A stretch of DNA of 49,337 nucleotides. It comes from a virus (lineage: Duplodnaviria; Caudoviricetes). Position 1 is the first letter of the stretch. Each line of letters opens with the position of its first letter. Location: positions 1-49,337 of the IMG/VR virus record IMGVR_UViG_3300012940_000006. One strand, 5' to 3'. The notes beneath the pieces are model-generated. The model saw only the letters and a program-made list of their open reading frames with translations. It was not told the DNA's origin and made no database searches. The translations under genes were made by a program, and so were the position numbers. Shown in pieces: positions 10,601-20,701 of the stretch.

Positions 10601-13600
10601 AGGGACCGGACGGCGAAGACCTTCCGATGTGGGGAGTCTCGCAGGATGGCATGGGGCTGCGGCGCGGGGGTGCCCGCAATACGCCGAAGATGCCGCCGTA
10701 TGAGAAGTGGTCGCCGGCGATGAAGCAGGCGTATCGGGATCGTCGGCAGGCGCGTCGCGATCTTCAGCTGGCGAATCAGGAGGCTGGCTTCGTTGATGAG
10801 GCTGAGCGGGGCCGTTGGGACTTTGCGCGCGATGAGGCGGATGAGGCGTGGAACGAGGGTCGCGAGTACGCAGGTTCACATAACATCACCGTACCGCAAC
10901 CATCGGGAACGCCGTGGATCGAGTTCATCCGGCAGTACAGCGACGAGGGGCGGCTCAACACGTCGCTGCAAAGCACGTACCGCGACTTCATCGGCAAGGG
11001 GTCGATGCAGGATAGTGGGTTGTGGGAGGCGTTCCTCGCCGAGCATCCGAATCTTCGTCCGGAGTACGAGACGTTCCTCAAGAACCGTCAGCCGGTTCGG
11101 CAGTATGGGGTGGACAGTTTTGCGGGTCTGCGGCAGCAGCTTCGGCTGAAGGCGAATCGGCAGATCGAGGGTCGGCTGCGATCGCTTGGTCGTTGGGCGA
11201 ATCGGTCTGGCCGTATTGCGCAGGGGCCCCGCCGTGCCATGCCGGATACGGGAATCTGGCATATCGACACGCGGCGGGAGCTTCCGCAGGAGGAGCTGAA
11301 GTTTGCGAAGGAGATGGCGAAGCTTCTGGCAAAGGAGGGGAAGGGGGAGGCGTTCGAGCCCTTCAATCTTCATGGATTCCTGAAGCTGGTCGAAGAGATC
11401 GACGATCCGACGATTCGGGATCGGGTGCGACAGGTCATTCTGCAAGATCCGACGAGGGAGCTGGACGCTACGGCCGAACAGATCCGGCTTCTGGTGATGG
11501 GTGGCAGTGGTGCGCGGCCGGCGGTGGTCTCGCCGGATGGCCCGCCACTGCCACGTACGGAGCTGGCTGATCGCATCCTGAAGGAGCTGGAGAAGGGCGG
11601 GTCGCCGCTGCCGAAGCTGTCGCCGGCGGGAAGGACGACGTATCGCGATCTGGTGCAGGAGTACACGCGGTATCGCAATGGCAAGGCGTTCCGAAAGCTG
11701 GAACGTCGGCGCTTGCAGCTCAATGTGGCGCGATCGTTCCGTGAGGGAACGCTGTTCACGGACGACGAACTGTCGGTCCTGCGGCGAGCAGCTGATGCTG
11801 GCGATCAGAAGGTGCGCGACTTGCTCGACACGAATCCGGAGCAGTTGCTTACGGAGATGCAGAAGGTGCGGCGGGAGATCGACCTGCTGAAGCAGAAGCG
11901 GCCGAATCCGGCCACAGCTGCACGCATCAAGAAGCTGCGCGGCCGTGATGCGTATCTGCACAAGAAGTTCCGGACGGGCATCCATCAGGCCTTCTATTTG
12001 CTGCACCGGGACATCGGTGGGCAGGGTTACAAGCTCGCGCGGGATGCGTTCTACGAGCCGTACTACCACGATGTGGTGCTGGATGACGTGGACCGAATGA
12101 TTCTTGATGCGGCACGAGCGCGTCGGCTTGACACTGAGGAGTGGGCGGAAGGGCTGACGCCGGCCGAGGTGGATAACCAGATCCTGATGACACAGGAGAG
12201 CATCCAGCGTGCGATCGACGAGGGGCGTGCGCCATCTGCGGTCGATGAGGAGAAGCTGGAGATCCTGGATCGCCGTCGGCAGATGGGGGAGGTCCCGACG
12301 CCGACAACGTCGCTCGGGGAGGATCTGGTCGAATACGCCGAGGATGAGGCGAACCGTGTGATCGTGACGTATCGCGATGGCCTCGGTGCGGACTGGGAAG
12401 GTCTCGGCATTGACCTCGACGATCTCCGTGATGCTGACGGGAAGCTGGTGCCGCAGGTCGGTTATCGTCCGCTCTCGACATTCGAGCAGCAGATCATCGA
12501 GAACTGGAGTCCGACGTGGGAGCTGCCGCAGGACCCGAAGACGCGACTGGAGCAGCGACTCCGGGAACGTCGGGGAACGCTTGGCAGGATGCCGAGCACC
12601 TATCGGCTGGATGTGACGCGGAAGGGGCATACGCCGGACAGTCTGCGGCGTAACCGGACGAAGTATCCGCGGCGTCCAGGCAAGCCGATGACATACGACG
12701 AATACAAGGCGATGGTACTCGCGGATGAAAACTTTGATGACGAGGAACTGATCGAGTGGACGCTCTCGGAGCTGGCACGTGTGCAGATGGTTTCGGAGGG
12801 GACGAGCACGACGGCCATTCGGGAGTCACTCCAGGGGTTCCATAACACGCTTCAGCAGCGGCTGAAGGATTACCAGATGCACACCGATCTGAATGAGAAG
12901 CGGACGGTGCTCGCTTCGATCGAGGATCTGTTCCAGACGGAGGCGGGACAGCGCTATGCGCTGGTCTACGATCATCTGCATCCGTCCGAAGCGTCGCTGA
13001 AGCAGGTGCAGTCGGCGGGAGAGCTGGAGGGGAAGATCCTCGATGGGACATTCGACCAGGTAGACGACATCGAGTGGGCGATCGAGGACCTGCAAGATGA
13101 GGGACTGGTGCCGGGGGAGCTGAGCAGCCATGTTCCGGATTCGCTGGGGGCGAACGAGCGGGTTTCGCGTTCGGTGGTATCGCGGGTCCTGAGCACCTGG
13201 GTGAACGGAGCGTTCCAGAATCAGGAGCGGAAGGTCTTCTCCGCGGCCGAGACTATCTCGGAGCTGGAGAGTCTGCCGCTGGCGCCTGAGGGGCCGATCC
13301 GCGATTTCCAGCAGGCGCTGGACGACGATCTCTTCGCGCTCGATGCAGCGACGACGCCGGAGGAGAAGGCGCGCATTCGTCGGGAGATCACGCTGAAGCT
13401 TGCGAACACGACCGAGGGGCGGACCTTCGAGGAGTGGGCGTTCACCGATGTGGATGATCGCAAGCGTCTTCGTCGGGAGCGGGCGACCGCGCGTGAGGTC
13501 GCTTCGACGATGGCGCAGACGGTCGACCGGATTCTGCGATCGACGCCGAACGATGCGGAGTACCACTATCGCAGTCTCATCGAGGAGGCGCGGCAGGATG

Positions 13601-16600
13601 CCCTGATAGCGAAGGGTGGGGGCGAGGTTCCGGTTCGGGATTACCGGAATCTGGATGAGGACGAACTCTTCATGCTCGCGCTGGCGAAGGAAGTCTTCCG
13701 GGCGCGGATGGATCATCGCTTGCCCTCCACGCTCTTTGTCCATGATCTGACTGACAACGTGTACAAGAAGAACGTGTCGGTCTACAACGCGCTGAAGACG
13801 TTCCTGGTGAAGCGGGGGGACCCGAATCTCTACTACGTGCATCCGATGCTGGCGAAGATCATGCGGCTGGAGAGTCACGATCTGGCGACAAGGGAACTGG
13901 CGCTGGAGCTTCAGGGGATACGTTCGGACCGTCTGGATGCGCCGGCGATTATCTCGGAGTCGGACGATGCGCTCCTCAACACGCGCTTTGAGCGTCGGCT
14001 GAGTGCGGAGGACTTCAGCTCGAAGGCGCTCTCCTCGAAGCTGGCGACGGTGGAGAAGCAGGTCGAGGCTTGGGTCGATCTGATGAACAAGGGGGAGGAG
14101 TTCCTGACGCGGAAGCAGAAGGACTATCTGACCACCATCGAGGAGCGATACCGGGGCTACATGGACCCTGGCGTCTTCCGTGACGGACGGTGGGTGCGGA
14201 ATCCGTCGTTCGATGCGCAGGAGTTCCTGGCGAACGAATATAGCAACGCGGGGAAGACGTACCATCAGGTCTGGACGGAGCTGACCGAGCGTACGCGCAA
14301 GGACATGGAGGACTATGTTGCCGAGCGCAATGCGGCCGCATCTGGCCGTGCGGTAACGCCGGGAGAGGCCGAAAAACGGGCGCGCTTCTTTGCCCTCATG
14401 GACCGGATCTATGGAGCGTACGGCGGGTTGGCCGAGCAGCTGCCAGATGGGACGTGGGTGCCGAATGTGGACTTCAAGCAGCGGAGCTACGTCGAGATGA
14501 AGTTCAATGAGGCGCTGCGTCTGGAGCTTGGGATCAAGCAGGTCGAGACGAGGATGAGCCGCTTCCTGGACAGGTACGACGGGGCGGTGAGCTTCTGGCG
14601 CAACATCAAGCTCATCAATCCGTTGGGCTTCCCGATCTTCTACATCTCGAACGGCCTGGGGAACATGGTGCAGTTGCTGGCGCATGGCGAGATCAATGCG
14701 GCGGTGCAGCTGTGGAAGAACGTGCCGGGGAGTACGGCGGCCATGTTCAGCGAGTCGCATCTGACGGAGACGGCAAGTGCGAAGTTGCTGCGTCAGGCCG
14801 GATTCGGCGTCACGCATCATGCGATTTCGTCGGGGTCACTGGCGAACCAGCTGAGTCGCAACGCGAGTGCTGCGAATGATCGGGTGGTGGCGAAGTCTCG
14901 CAACAAGCTCGTCCGTGGATGGCAGAGGTACAAGAGTGGGGCGCATGCGCTGGCGGGCGGTCTGGAGCTGGCTGCCCGCGACACGACCTATGCCCTGCAC
15001 TTCTCCGAGGGGCTGATCCGGCGCAAGCGGGATCTGATCGAGCACGCGGACGAGTATGTGAAGCAGCAGCAATGGAAGCGGAAGCTGAAGGGCGTCAATG
15101 TGCAGGAGGTGCGGCAGGTCATTGAGGGCACGGACAAGATCATGAGCCCGATGGCGCTCCGAACGGCGCTGGAGAATTATGGGAAGCTGCGTGGTTTGCC
15201 GGAGGACGAGTTCAATGCCTTCGCGGACCGGATGGCGCGCGACTGGTCAGAGATGCAGAAGCTGGCAGACCGCGATGCGCTGGATAAGGTGAACCGAAGC
15301 CTGTTCGACTTCGAGTACACGAAGTTGGACACCTATCTGCACCGGATCATGCCATTCCACTACTGGGCGACGCGCAACCTGCCGGCTTATATCACGGTCG
15401 GGCTGACGAACCCAGCGCTGGCCGCGGCCTACTTCCGGATGATGGAGGGCCTGGACAGTGAGGAGCTGCCGACGGCGGTCCGGGACAAGCTGAAGGTGTT
15501 CCAGACCGATCTCGGGTATGGGCTCTTCTTCAGCCCGCTGGCCATGATGGGGGTGGTTGGCATTCTGGAGCAGGATCTGGGAACACCGCCGGATGGCGAG
15601 AGCGCGATTGGCGCGATGCTGCGTCAGCTTCGTGATACGACCGGTATGGGTCTGTATCCGTGGTTCACGTCACCGCTGAATCTGTCGGGGGTGATGGGGG
15701 ATACCACGAGTGGAATGGACCCCACGGGATTTGGTCGCGAGCGCCGCATGTTCGAGCAGGCAGTGCAGTGGTTGGCCTCAGAAGGAGTCATTGCTCCGGA
15801 GCTTCAGGAGCGACCGTTCGAGCAGATGCTGATGCAGGGGCGTGAGTATCTGACGCGGCTACTGCCGGGAGAGACCATTGAGGCTGGAGACGCGAACCGT
15901 GGAGCGAAGATCGAGCTACGGGTGGCGATCTGGGAAGAGATTCGCGAGCGGGACGGGGGTGATCCGGATATGCCGCTCAACGAGGACCAGCTTGAGGAGG
16001 CGGAGATGGCGCTCATCTCGCCGGACTCGAAGCTTTACCAGGATGCGCTGGACCGGATGGTGAGCAATGGCTGGTGGACGAACGTGGTGGGCCCAGTGCT
16101 GGTTCCCGGTGGGCTCACGGGCGTGCAGGAACAGACGCTGAAGCTCAATGAGCGGAAGCAGGTGGTGGACGGCACGGGTATCACAGCGTTGTGGCGGCCA
16201 GACGACCCCTATGCGGATGGAGCGATCACGCCGGAAGAGCAGGCATGGATGGATGCCTACCGGCGGAAGACGGGCAAGGAGTATCACGCCGGCGACCTGC
16301 TCGATTACAAGGAGCGGACCTGGCTGGAGAACGAGCTGAAGACGGCGACGCCGGAGCATGCGAAGTTGCTGCTCGCCGAGCGCGAGGCGGATCGGATCGG
16401 GACGCCGGAAGCGCGTCTGGTGGTGGATACCTATGACAAGATCCGCTACGGCACGATTGCGAAGGTCAGCATCGGTGGAACGACGTACACCGCGGACAGC
16501 CTCTCGTCACTGACGAGTGATGATCGCTATAAGCTGGCGAATCAGTGGCTAGCGGATGACGAGACGCGGCGTGACCAGTACACGTCGGTGAAGGATCTGA

Positions 16601-17259
16601 AGGATGCCTACGTCTCTGCGAACGTGATCTACCGGGATTACCAGAACTGGCGAGAGGAGATCTACGGGTACCCGAGCGTCTCGGCCTATCGGTACGAGAT
16701 GGTGCAGAAGGACCCGGAGATCCGGGCGTACTTCGAGGCCGAGCGTCAGCGCCTGATGGAGCAGAACCCTGGGATCTCGATGCGGGATCTGGTGCGCCGA
16801 CTCGACGGAGTAACGACGAGTCTGGAGTTCTACGAGAAGCTTCACGGCATCCGGACGTCGGTATACGACCCGCTGATCGACACGCCGGATCACGATGTGG
16901 ACACGACGCCGCGATCGAGGGAGCCGTTGCGACCAGAGGATGACACGTCCTATCTGAACGCGACGCCGGCGACCGATGTGAGCGAGGCTGCGGGGGTGGA
17001 TCTGACAGCGGCCGCGCAGGCAGTGGCGACCTTTGGCCAGAACTATGACCAGATCAATCAGTACGCCTCGATGATGATGGGGCAGACGGTGAATGTGGCG
17101 ACGTTACCCCGCGCCACGGCGGAGGTGTTGCTCCAGCAGATTCCGGCGGCGATCGCGGGGTCGAACCCGGTGCTGGCGCTGGACTACTACCTCTGGGCAT
17201 CGCAGCGACACCAGGGAGGCGGGGACACCTCGATCGAGGCGTTTGTCTCCGGACGATAG
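7657..17259 (+). CDS. Giant (3200 aa) Cys-free internal virion/ejection protein
   Basis: TTG start after AGAGGA; no cysteine; RIMPFHYWATRNLP (15343-15384) resembles C-terminal regions of phage large polyvalent/ejection proteins; no confident enzyme motif. Confidence 0.75.
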   Translation: MTDRFARGVAAGYASNRYAHNTYDALPAADYAALNPQSSAASGSTSDGYGYVDPVTGAPLPPNPDAPASQFPQDTSGDGGGGFWNGLLDGASKVVSTVGGAINDVTFGTAGKAFDTFNYVVSLPYNGSVGSAGDAAYQEYVLGQGDGSINDVVDDINGAFQQVMTGVTGQLPGYIPGVDAPGQAFLDWAKANPDLVKQYYEEGWDADGDGQVDYTGGRAVWEGFANTQNMWQRIGQNIAGDPLTWAVPVGNGAAKGVRVLGEAADIPTLVRRAGAVEKAIRISDTIQDAPIVLPVKGAARVVRGTDRLLGSPVGRTAGAIRQSGPVRGLTDFVNDLRRRDPAAVARGLTGEVGMAEDRLNLQNAELAGRNPQAYVRGITASGSNAAEATAQELTQRGLADVETRPAIDLPTRQDALDYADALAESPDWDAFDAGVETLRQRGWTDVAELLEDQRAVLVDAEVVQPRMTRGMPATSAYDDREDLGRIFDDEEPEAMAIPEGADSEAVTVNGSRGQAEPAASTSVRPNAAEPEPVVLGPGAPDEETMQRLGHYAPARTRTGTYVDDLRVNQILPVLDQSPSKAKRFWSYYESELDPIRKREAAAGGRSTIGDVARGAVAMERAWVRVGLDPADMPAWHLRPINPNITDRTYLARRYAEVVAMAPDTETARNAYRWLDANGLGQLGEEMAALRRERQDLGTAIDTPRIVRPDAATAARTAIPDQKTPDVAVRDNANVAEPGPAPSSQQLNAEINAQATPGATTRSWEEIADSLLDSRTDELALPEPDPSARPDLAEDVEEQLNAQYDRQREDLRSSEQRPSSEEQERRIQALGGLGLTHATGNPSGVETRAVGATEALTERVSAMAPELRVFHEMFVKDMTDLLTAKTQAKKQRLSVKILGQVETANGRRYLRELLGGEGEAAPADLVAEFYNRYMTGRTAARAVVDTMTRDQPAPRIALPTENPPDPWESAGWGDDLTITEYAEGPDGEDLPMWGVSQDGMGLRRGGARNTPKMPPYEKWSPAMKQAYRDRRQARRDLQLANQEAGFVDEAERGRWDFARDEADEAWNEGREYAGSHNITVPQPSGTPWIEFIRQYSDEGRLNTSLQSTYRDFIGKGSMQDSGLWEAFLAEHPNLRPEYETFLKNRQPVRQYGVDSFAGLRQQLRLKANRQIEGRLRSLGRWANRSGRIAQGPRRAMPDTGIWHIDTRRELPQEELKFAKEMAKLLAKEGKGEAFEPFNLHGFLKLVEEIDDPTIRDRVRQVILQDPTRELDATAEQIRLLVMGGSGARPAVVSPDGPPLPRTELADRILKELEKGGSPLPKLSPAGRTTYRDLVQEYTRYRNGKAFRKLERRRLQLNVARSFREGTLFTDDELSVLRRAADAGDQKVRDLLDTNPEQLLTEMQKVRREIDLLKQKRPNPATAARIKKLRGRDAYLHKKFRTGIHQAFYLLHRDIGGQGYKLARDAFYEPYYHDVVLDDVDRMILDAARARRLDTEEWAEGLTPAEVDNQILMTQESIQRAIDEGRAPSAVDEEKLEILDRRRQMGEVPTPTTSLGEDLVEYAEDEANRVIVTYRDGLGADWEGLGIDLDDLRDADGKLVPQVGYRPLSTFEQQIIENWSPTWELPQDPKTRLEQRLRERRGTLGRMPSTYRLDVTRKGHTPDSLRRNRTKYPRRPGKPMTYDEYKAMVLADENFDDEELIEWTLSELARVQMVSEGTSTTAIRESLQGFHNTLQQRLKDYQMHTDLNEKRTVLASIEDLFQTEAGQRYALVYDHLHPSEASLKQVQSAGELEGKILDGTFDQVDDIEWAIEDLQDEGLVPGELSSHVPDSLGANERVSRSVVSRVLSTWVNGAFQNQERKVFSAAETISELESLPLAPEGPIRDFQQALDDDLFALDAATTPEEKARIRREITLKLANTTEGRTFEEWAFTDVDDRKRLRRERATAREVASTMAQTVDRILRSTPNDAEYHYRSLIEEARQDALIAKGGGEVPVRDYRNLDEDELFMLALAKEVFRARMDHRLPSTLFVHDLTDNVYKKNVSVYNALKTFLVKRGDPNLYYVHPMLAKIMRLESHDLATRELALELQGIRSDRLDAPAIISESDDALLNTRFERRLSAEDFSSKALSSKLATVEKQVEAWVDLMNKGEEFLTRKQKDYLTTIEERYRGYMDPGVFRDGRWVRNPSFDAQEFLANEYSNAGKTYHQVWTELTERTRKDMEDYVAERNAAASGRAVTPGEAEKRARFFALMDRIYGAYGGLAEQLPDGTWVPNVDFKQRSYVEMKFNEALRLELGIKQVETRMSRFLDRYDGAVSFWRNIKLINPLGFPIFYISNGLGNMVQLLAHGEINAAVQLWKNVPGSTAAMFSESHLTETASAKLLRQAGFGVTHHAISSGSLANQLSRNASAANDRVVAKSRNKLVRGWQRYKSGAHALAGGLELAARDTTYALHFSEGLIRRKRDLIEHADEYVKQQQWKRKLKGVNVQEVRQVIEGTDKIMSPMALRTALENYGKLRGLPEDEFNAFADRMARDWSEMQKLADRDALDKVNRSLFDFEYTKLDTYLHRIMPFHYWATRNLPAYITVGLTNPALAAAYFRMMEGLDSEELPTAVRDKLKVFQTDLGYGLFFSPLAMMGVVGILEQDLGTPPDGESAIGAMLRQLRDTTGMGLYPWFTSPLNLSGVMGDTTSGMDPTGFGRERRMFEQAVQWLASEGVIAPELQERPFEQMLMQGREYLTRLLPGETIEAGDANRGAKIELRVAIWEEIRERDGGDPDMPLNEDQLEEAEMALISPDSKLYQDALDRMVSNGWWTNVVGPVLVPGGLTGVQEQTLKLNERKQVVDGTGITALWRPDDPYADGAITPEEQAWMDAYRRKTGKEYHAGDLLDYKERTWLENELKTATPEHAKLLLAEREADRIGTPEARLVVDTYDKIRYGTIAKVSIGGTTYTADSLSSLTSDDRYKLANQWLADDETRRDQYTSVKDLKDAYVSANVIYRDYQNWREEIYGYPSVSAYRYEMVQKDPEIRAYFEAERQRLMEQNPGISMRDLVRRLDGVTTSLEFYEKLHGIRTSVYDPLIDTPDHDVDTTPRSREPLRPEDDTSYLNATPATDVSEAAGVDLTAAAQAVATFGQNYDQINQYASMMMGQTVNVATLPRATAEVLLQQIPAAIAGSNPVLALDYYLWASQRHQGGGDTSIEAFVSGR

Positions 17260-17274
17260 GGTTTCCACGAGAGC

Positions 17275-17302
17275 AAGGCCCCCGAAAGGGGGCCTTTTCT
17301 TT
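17275..17302 (+). terminator. Intrinsic terminator after the giant gene
   Basis: AAGGCCCCC-GAAA-GGGGGCCTT followed by TTCTTT. Confidence 0.85.
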
Positions 17303-17317
17303 GTGCATGATCTCCGC

Positions 17318-18151
17318 ATGGAAGATTTTGACGAGGCCCTTGAAGGGCTCCTTGACCAAGCACTATCGGACGATGCAACGCCATCCGGCGAGGACCCTGG
17401 AGGCGATCCAGATCCCGAGGACGGTGTCGATGCCACGGCAACGGAATCGGAGGAGGGGAGCGAAGGGGAACCGTCGCAGGGCGATCCATCCGACGGTGAC
17501 GACGAGGAGAGCGTTGAGGGCGACGAAGCGGACGAGGATGATCTCGCGCCGAAGCCGTCGTTCATTGGCAATCAACCCTCTCCTCCGGACCAGAAGGTCG
17601 GACTTCCGGAAATCACGCAGCTCCAGCAGGTGATTCAGTCGCAGGCCGCGATGATCCAGGAGTTCACGCGCAAGCAGCAGCTGAGTGAGCAGCAGAAGGC
17701 GCTCGCGGCACTGGAGGCGAAGTGGGCGGAGATGGACCCGGAGGATGCTGCGGCCGAGCGGGCGAAGTTTGCCGTGTCTGCGGCGCAGCAGCGGGTGAAG
17801 CAGCTGAATGACGAGCTTGTGCGCGTGCAGCAGGAGAAGGCGGCGCAGGAGCAGGCGGAGAAGGAGGCGGTGGCGAAGGCGGCCTCGGTCGATCTTATCG
17901 CCTATCAGTTCGGGCTGAAGAACGCGGACAAGGCAACCCTCGCGCTCTTCGATACGCCACAGCAGATGATCTATTGGGCGTCGATGGAGAAGGGGAAGCG
18001 CACGAAGCAGACGGCAAATGCGCGGGCGGCTCGTGCGGAACAGCTCGCGGCAAACAAGGCGCTGGCGTCGGGGACGTCCGGCGGCGCGGCAAATACGACG
18101 GGTGGAGTCGAGGTGAATACGCTGGAAGAGCTCCTCGACGCAATTTTCTAA
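17318..18151 (+). CDS. Capsid scaffolding protein
   Basis: 277 aa from ATG 17318; very acidic N-terminus, Ala/Gln/Lys coiled coil, directly upstream of the capsid gene. Confidence 0.75.
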   Translation: MEDFDEALEGLLDQALSDDATPSGEDPGGDPDPEDGVDATATESEEGSEGEPSQGDPSDGDDEESVEGDEADEDDLAPKPSFIGNQPSPPDQKVGLPEITQLQQVIQSQAAMIQEFTRKQQLSEQQKALAALEAKWAEMDPEDAAAERAKFAVSAAQQRVKQLNDELVRVQQEKAAQEQAEKEAVAKAASVDLIAYQFGLKNADKATLALFDTPQQMIYWASMEKGKRTKQTANARAARAEQLAANKALASGTSGGAANTTGGVEVNTLEELLDAIF

Positions 18152-18174
18152 TGTGGTCTATCTAAGAGGACATA

Positions 18175-19383
18175 ATGGCGACACTGACTCGTGAAATGAT
18201 GAACCAGTACAGCTCGGCTGTAGCTGGTGGTAATACCCCGCCGGATCTGTTTGTCCGGGACATTCCGGACTTTATCCCGCTGGTGACGCGCCATGATGCG
18301 CCGCTGGCGAAGGCGGTGAAGACGGGCTCGGAAGTGACGGTGCTGAAGAGTGAGTGGGGTGAAGGTGATCTGACGCCGACGCGGGTGAAGACGGCGGCGG
18401 CGGTGGCGGATGCGACGACGCTGAATATCACGGTCGATGCGCCGAAGGCGATCCAGAAGTATGACGTGCTCTACTTCACGGACAACGGCGAGCAGGTGCG
18501 GGTGAACACGATCAACGACAGCACGGGGGTGCTGACGGTGTTCGAGCGCGGGCATGGTGGATCTACGGCCGCGGCGCATAACTCGCAGGTGGAAATCATC
18601 ATCCTCGGACCGGCGGTTCCGGAAGGGGCGAACACCCCGGATTCCCCGTTCCAGCAGGGTGATCTTGATTACAACTACCCGCAGATTTTCGAGTACTCGT
18701 GGAAGTACACCCATCGTGGACGGGTGACGCCGACGTACGAGATCAAGTCGGACCGATTCAAGGAAGAGCTTCGCCGCAAGATGCTGGAGGCGACGCGCGA
18801 CCTGGATCTGACGATGCTCTATGGGCTGCGCAATCAGGGTGATGGTCAGGGCAGTAACGCCTCGACGATGAATGGTGTGCGCGCGGGTACGATCCAGAAC
18901 CGCATCGACCTGGCGGGGGCGCCGCTGACGCTGCTTTCTGTTCTTGACCTGCTTGAGCAGATCTTCAAGAAGGTCGGTCAGAGTGAGATGGCGAAGACGC
19001 TCTATGGCGATGCGTTCACGAAGCGTCTCATCAACAGCTTCCTGAACGCCTCTCGCCGCAGCACGGCGATGGACGCGAAGCTGAATCTGACGCTGGATGT
19101 GATTCAGACGGACTTCGGTGACATCAAGTATGTGACGCACTACAACTGGTCGCCGGGTGAGGTGCATCTGCTGAACATCAACGACTTCAGCCGTCATGCC
19201 TACAAGGGAGGCAACTGGACGAGCGGTCTGTTCAGCACCGAGGGATGGTATGACCGTGGATTCCTCCGTGGTGACTTCACGCTCAAGATGCCGGCGCCGA
19301 GCCGACGCGGGGCGCTGGTCGGATTCAGTGTGGACCCGACGGACTATCCGGACCTCGACGCGATCCTGTCGAACGCAAGCTAA
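18175..19383 (+). CDS. Major capsid protein (SU10/DUF5309-like HK97 fold with inserted beta domain)
   Basis: 402 aa; NYPQIF, RDLDLTMLYG, MNGV, IQTDFGDI and GDFTL motifs typical of the family. Confidence 0.88.
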   Translation: MATLTREMMNQYSSAVAGGNTPPDLFVRDIPDFIPLVTRHDAPLAKAVKTGSEVTVLKSEWGEGDLTPTRVKTAAAVADATTLNITVDAPKAIQKYDVLYFTDNGEQVRVNTINDSTGVLTVFERGHGGSTAAAHNSQVEIIILGPAVPEGANTPDSPFQQGDLDYNYPQIFEYSWKYTHRGRVTPTYEIKSDRFKEELRRKMLEATRDLDLTMLYGLRNQGDGQGSNASTMNGVRAGTIQNRIDLAGAPLTLLSVLDLLEQIFKKVGQSEMAKTLYGDAFTKRLINSFLNASRRSTAMDAKLNLTLDVIQTDFGDIKYVTHYNWSPGEVHLLNINDFSRHAYKGGNWTSGLFSTEGWYDRGFLRGDFTLKMPAPSRRGALVGFSVDPTDYPDLDAILSNAS

Positions 19384-19389
19384 GAGAGC

Positions 19390-19412
19390 GGGGGAGGGGA
19401 TGGCCCTCCCCC
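19390..19412 (+). terminator. GC-rich hairpin after the capsid gene (no U-tract)
   Basis: GGGGGAGGG-GATGG-CCCTCCCCC. Confidence 0.5.
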
Positions 19413-19424
19413 TGGAGAGTACAT

Positions 19425-19865
19425 GTGACTGATCTGGTAACAACGTTCACCGTGAAGGGACTGCTGAGCTATGCGATTCAGATCCCGGCGGGCGAGAAGG
19501 AGATTCGCTCACTTGCGCGGGACACGGCGCTGCGCTTCCGTCGCAGTTCTGAGCCGGGCGAGAAGCACGCCTGTCAGTACATCACGGACTCGCGGAAGAT
19601 CGTGAGCTACGTGAGGAAGCTGAAGAAGGAGGGCAAGCTCTCGGTCACGGTGGAGGAGAGCACGGTTTCGGCGGTGCTGACGAATCCGTATGACGATTTC
19701 ACGGCCCCGAATACGCCGGAGGGTCAGGAGAAGATGAACGACCACATCGAGCAGATTATCGACGACGACGGCAATCTGATCGTGGCGAATGCGGTGTTCA
19801 CGAATCCGAAGGACCCGCGCAAGCTGGCGGCCGAGAAGGCGGCGCAGGAGCAGAAGACAGCGTAA
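19425..19865 (+). CDS. Hypothetical head-associated protein
   Basis: 146 aa, GTG after GGAGAG, coupled to the next gene. Confidence 0.6.
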   Translation: MTDLVTTFTVKGLLSYAIQIPAGEKEIRSLARDTALRFRRSSEPGEKHACQYITDSRKIVSYVRKLKKEGKLSVTVEESTVSAVLTNPYDDFTAPNTPEGQEKMNDHIEQIIDDDGNLIVANAVFTNPKDPRKLAAEKAAQEQKTA

Positions 19866-20701
19866 TGGCTATGACCCGTCGCGAGCTGCGGCTCGAAGTG
19901 GCGGGGAACGTCAAGGACGTAGTGGAAGTAACGGCGTCTTCGGGGGGATCGACGAATACCTTCCAGGACGCCGTTTCGCTTACCCGCTTCGACAACTCCC
20001 TGACCTCCTCGCAGATTCTGATTACGAGTGGGCATCCGGATAACGTGGGGCAGGTGCGACGTGTTGTGGGGTCGCGCTTCCAGACGGCCTCGGTGACGTT
20101 CTACCCGGATCTTCCGCAGCCGGTGCAAGCAGGAGATACCGCGGAGATCTACAACCTCGCCGGCAACGGGTTCGACGTGTCGGAGTACAACCGCGTGCTG
20201 AAGGGCATTGTGCAGGGGCAGGCGCATCGCTACCTGATCGAGCGGCGCTGGGATGTTCCGTACGAGGATCTGGTGATTGAGGAGCACCGGGTACTGGTTC
20301 CGGTTCCGGACGAAGCGGTGGGCATTTCCTCGGCGTGGTTGGCGGATAGGGAGCGAGTCATCGAGCTGCGCCGGGCTCGGCATCCGAACCAGCCGGGCTA
20401 TCACGTCAACTCTGCGGATCGGCGGGTCGAGATCAATGGCCGTGAAGCGCACTACGTGGAGAAGGGCAACCAGATCGCGCTCTATGGCTACATCGAGCAT
20501 CCGCCGCTTCTGGAGGATGACGACATCTGCCTGATGGATCAGGAGTGGGTGATCCTGACGGCAAGCGCGAAGCTGAGTCAGAAGCGTGGTGACCGGTTCT
20601 GGGATCAGTGGTCGGTGGAATGGGCGCGGGCGGCGAGTGCGCGTGAGGGCAACCTTGCGATCGCGTTCAAGCCGAACACCGTGCTTTTCCGGAGGTTCTG
20701 A
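19865..20701 (+). CDS. Putative head-tail adaptor / tail tubular protein A-like
   Basis: 278 aa; N-terminal MTRRELRLEV helix; position between capsid and nozzle. Confidence 0.6.
   Translation: MAMTRRELRLEVAGNVKDVVEVTASSGGSTNTFQDAVSLTRFDNSLTSSQILITSGHPDNVGQVRRVVGSRFQTASVTFYPDLPQPVQAGDTAEIYNLAGNGFDVSEYNRVLKGIVQGQAHRYLIERRWDVPYEDLVIEEHRVLVPVPDEAVGISSAWLADRERVIELRRARHPNQPGYHVNSADRRVEINGREAHYVEKGNQIALYGYIEHPPLLEDDDICLMDQEWVILTASAKLSQKRGDRFWDQWSVEWARAASAREGNLAIAFKPNTVLFRRF

Noticed and set aside
11080-13746. KNRQPVRQYG and LFVHD as T7/N4 polymerase motifs B and C
   Set aside because: Motif B lacks the upstream Arg, the two are ~890 aa apart, and no motif A is evident; not usable as evidence
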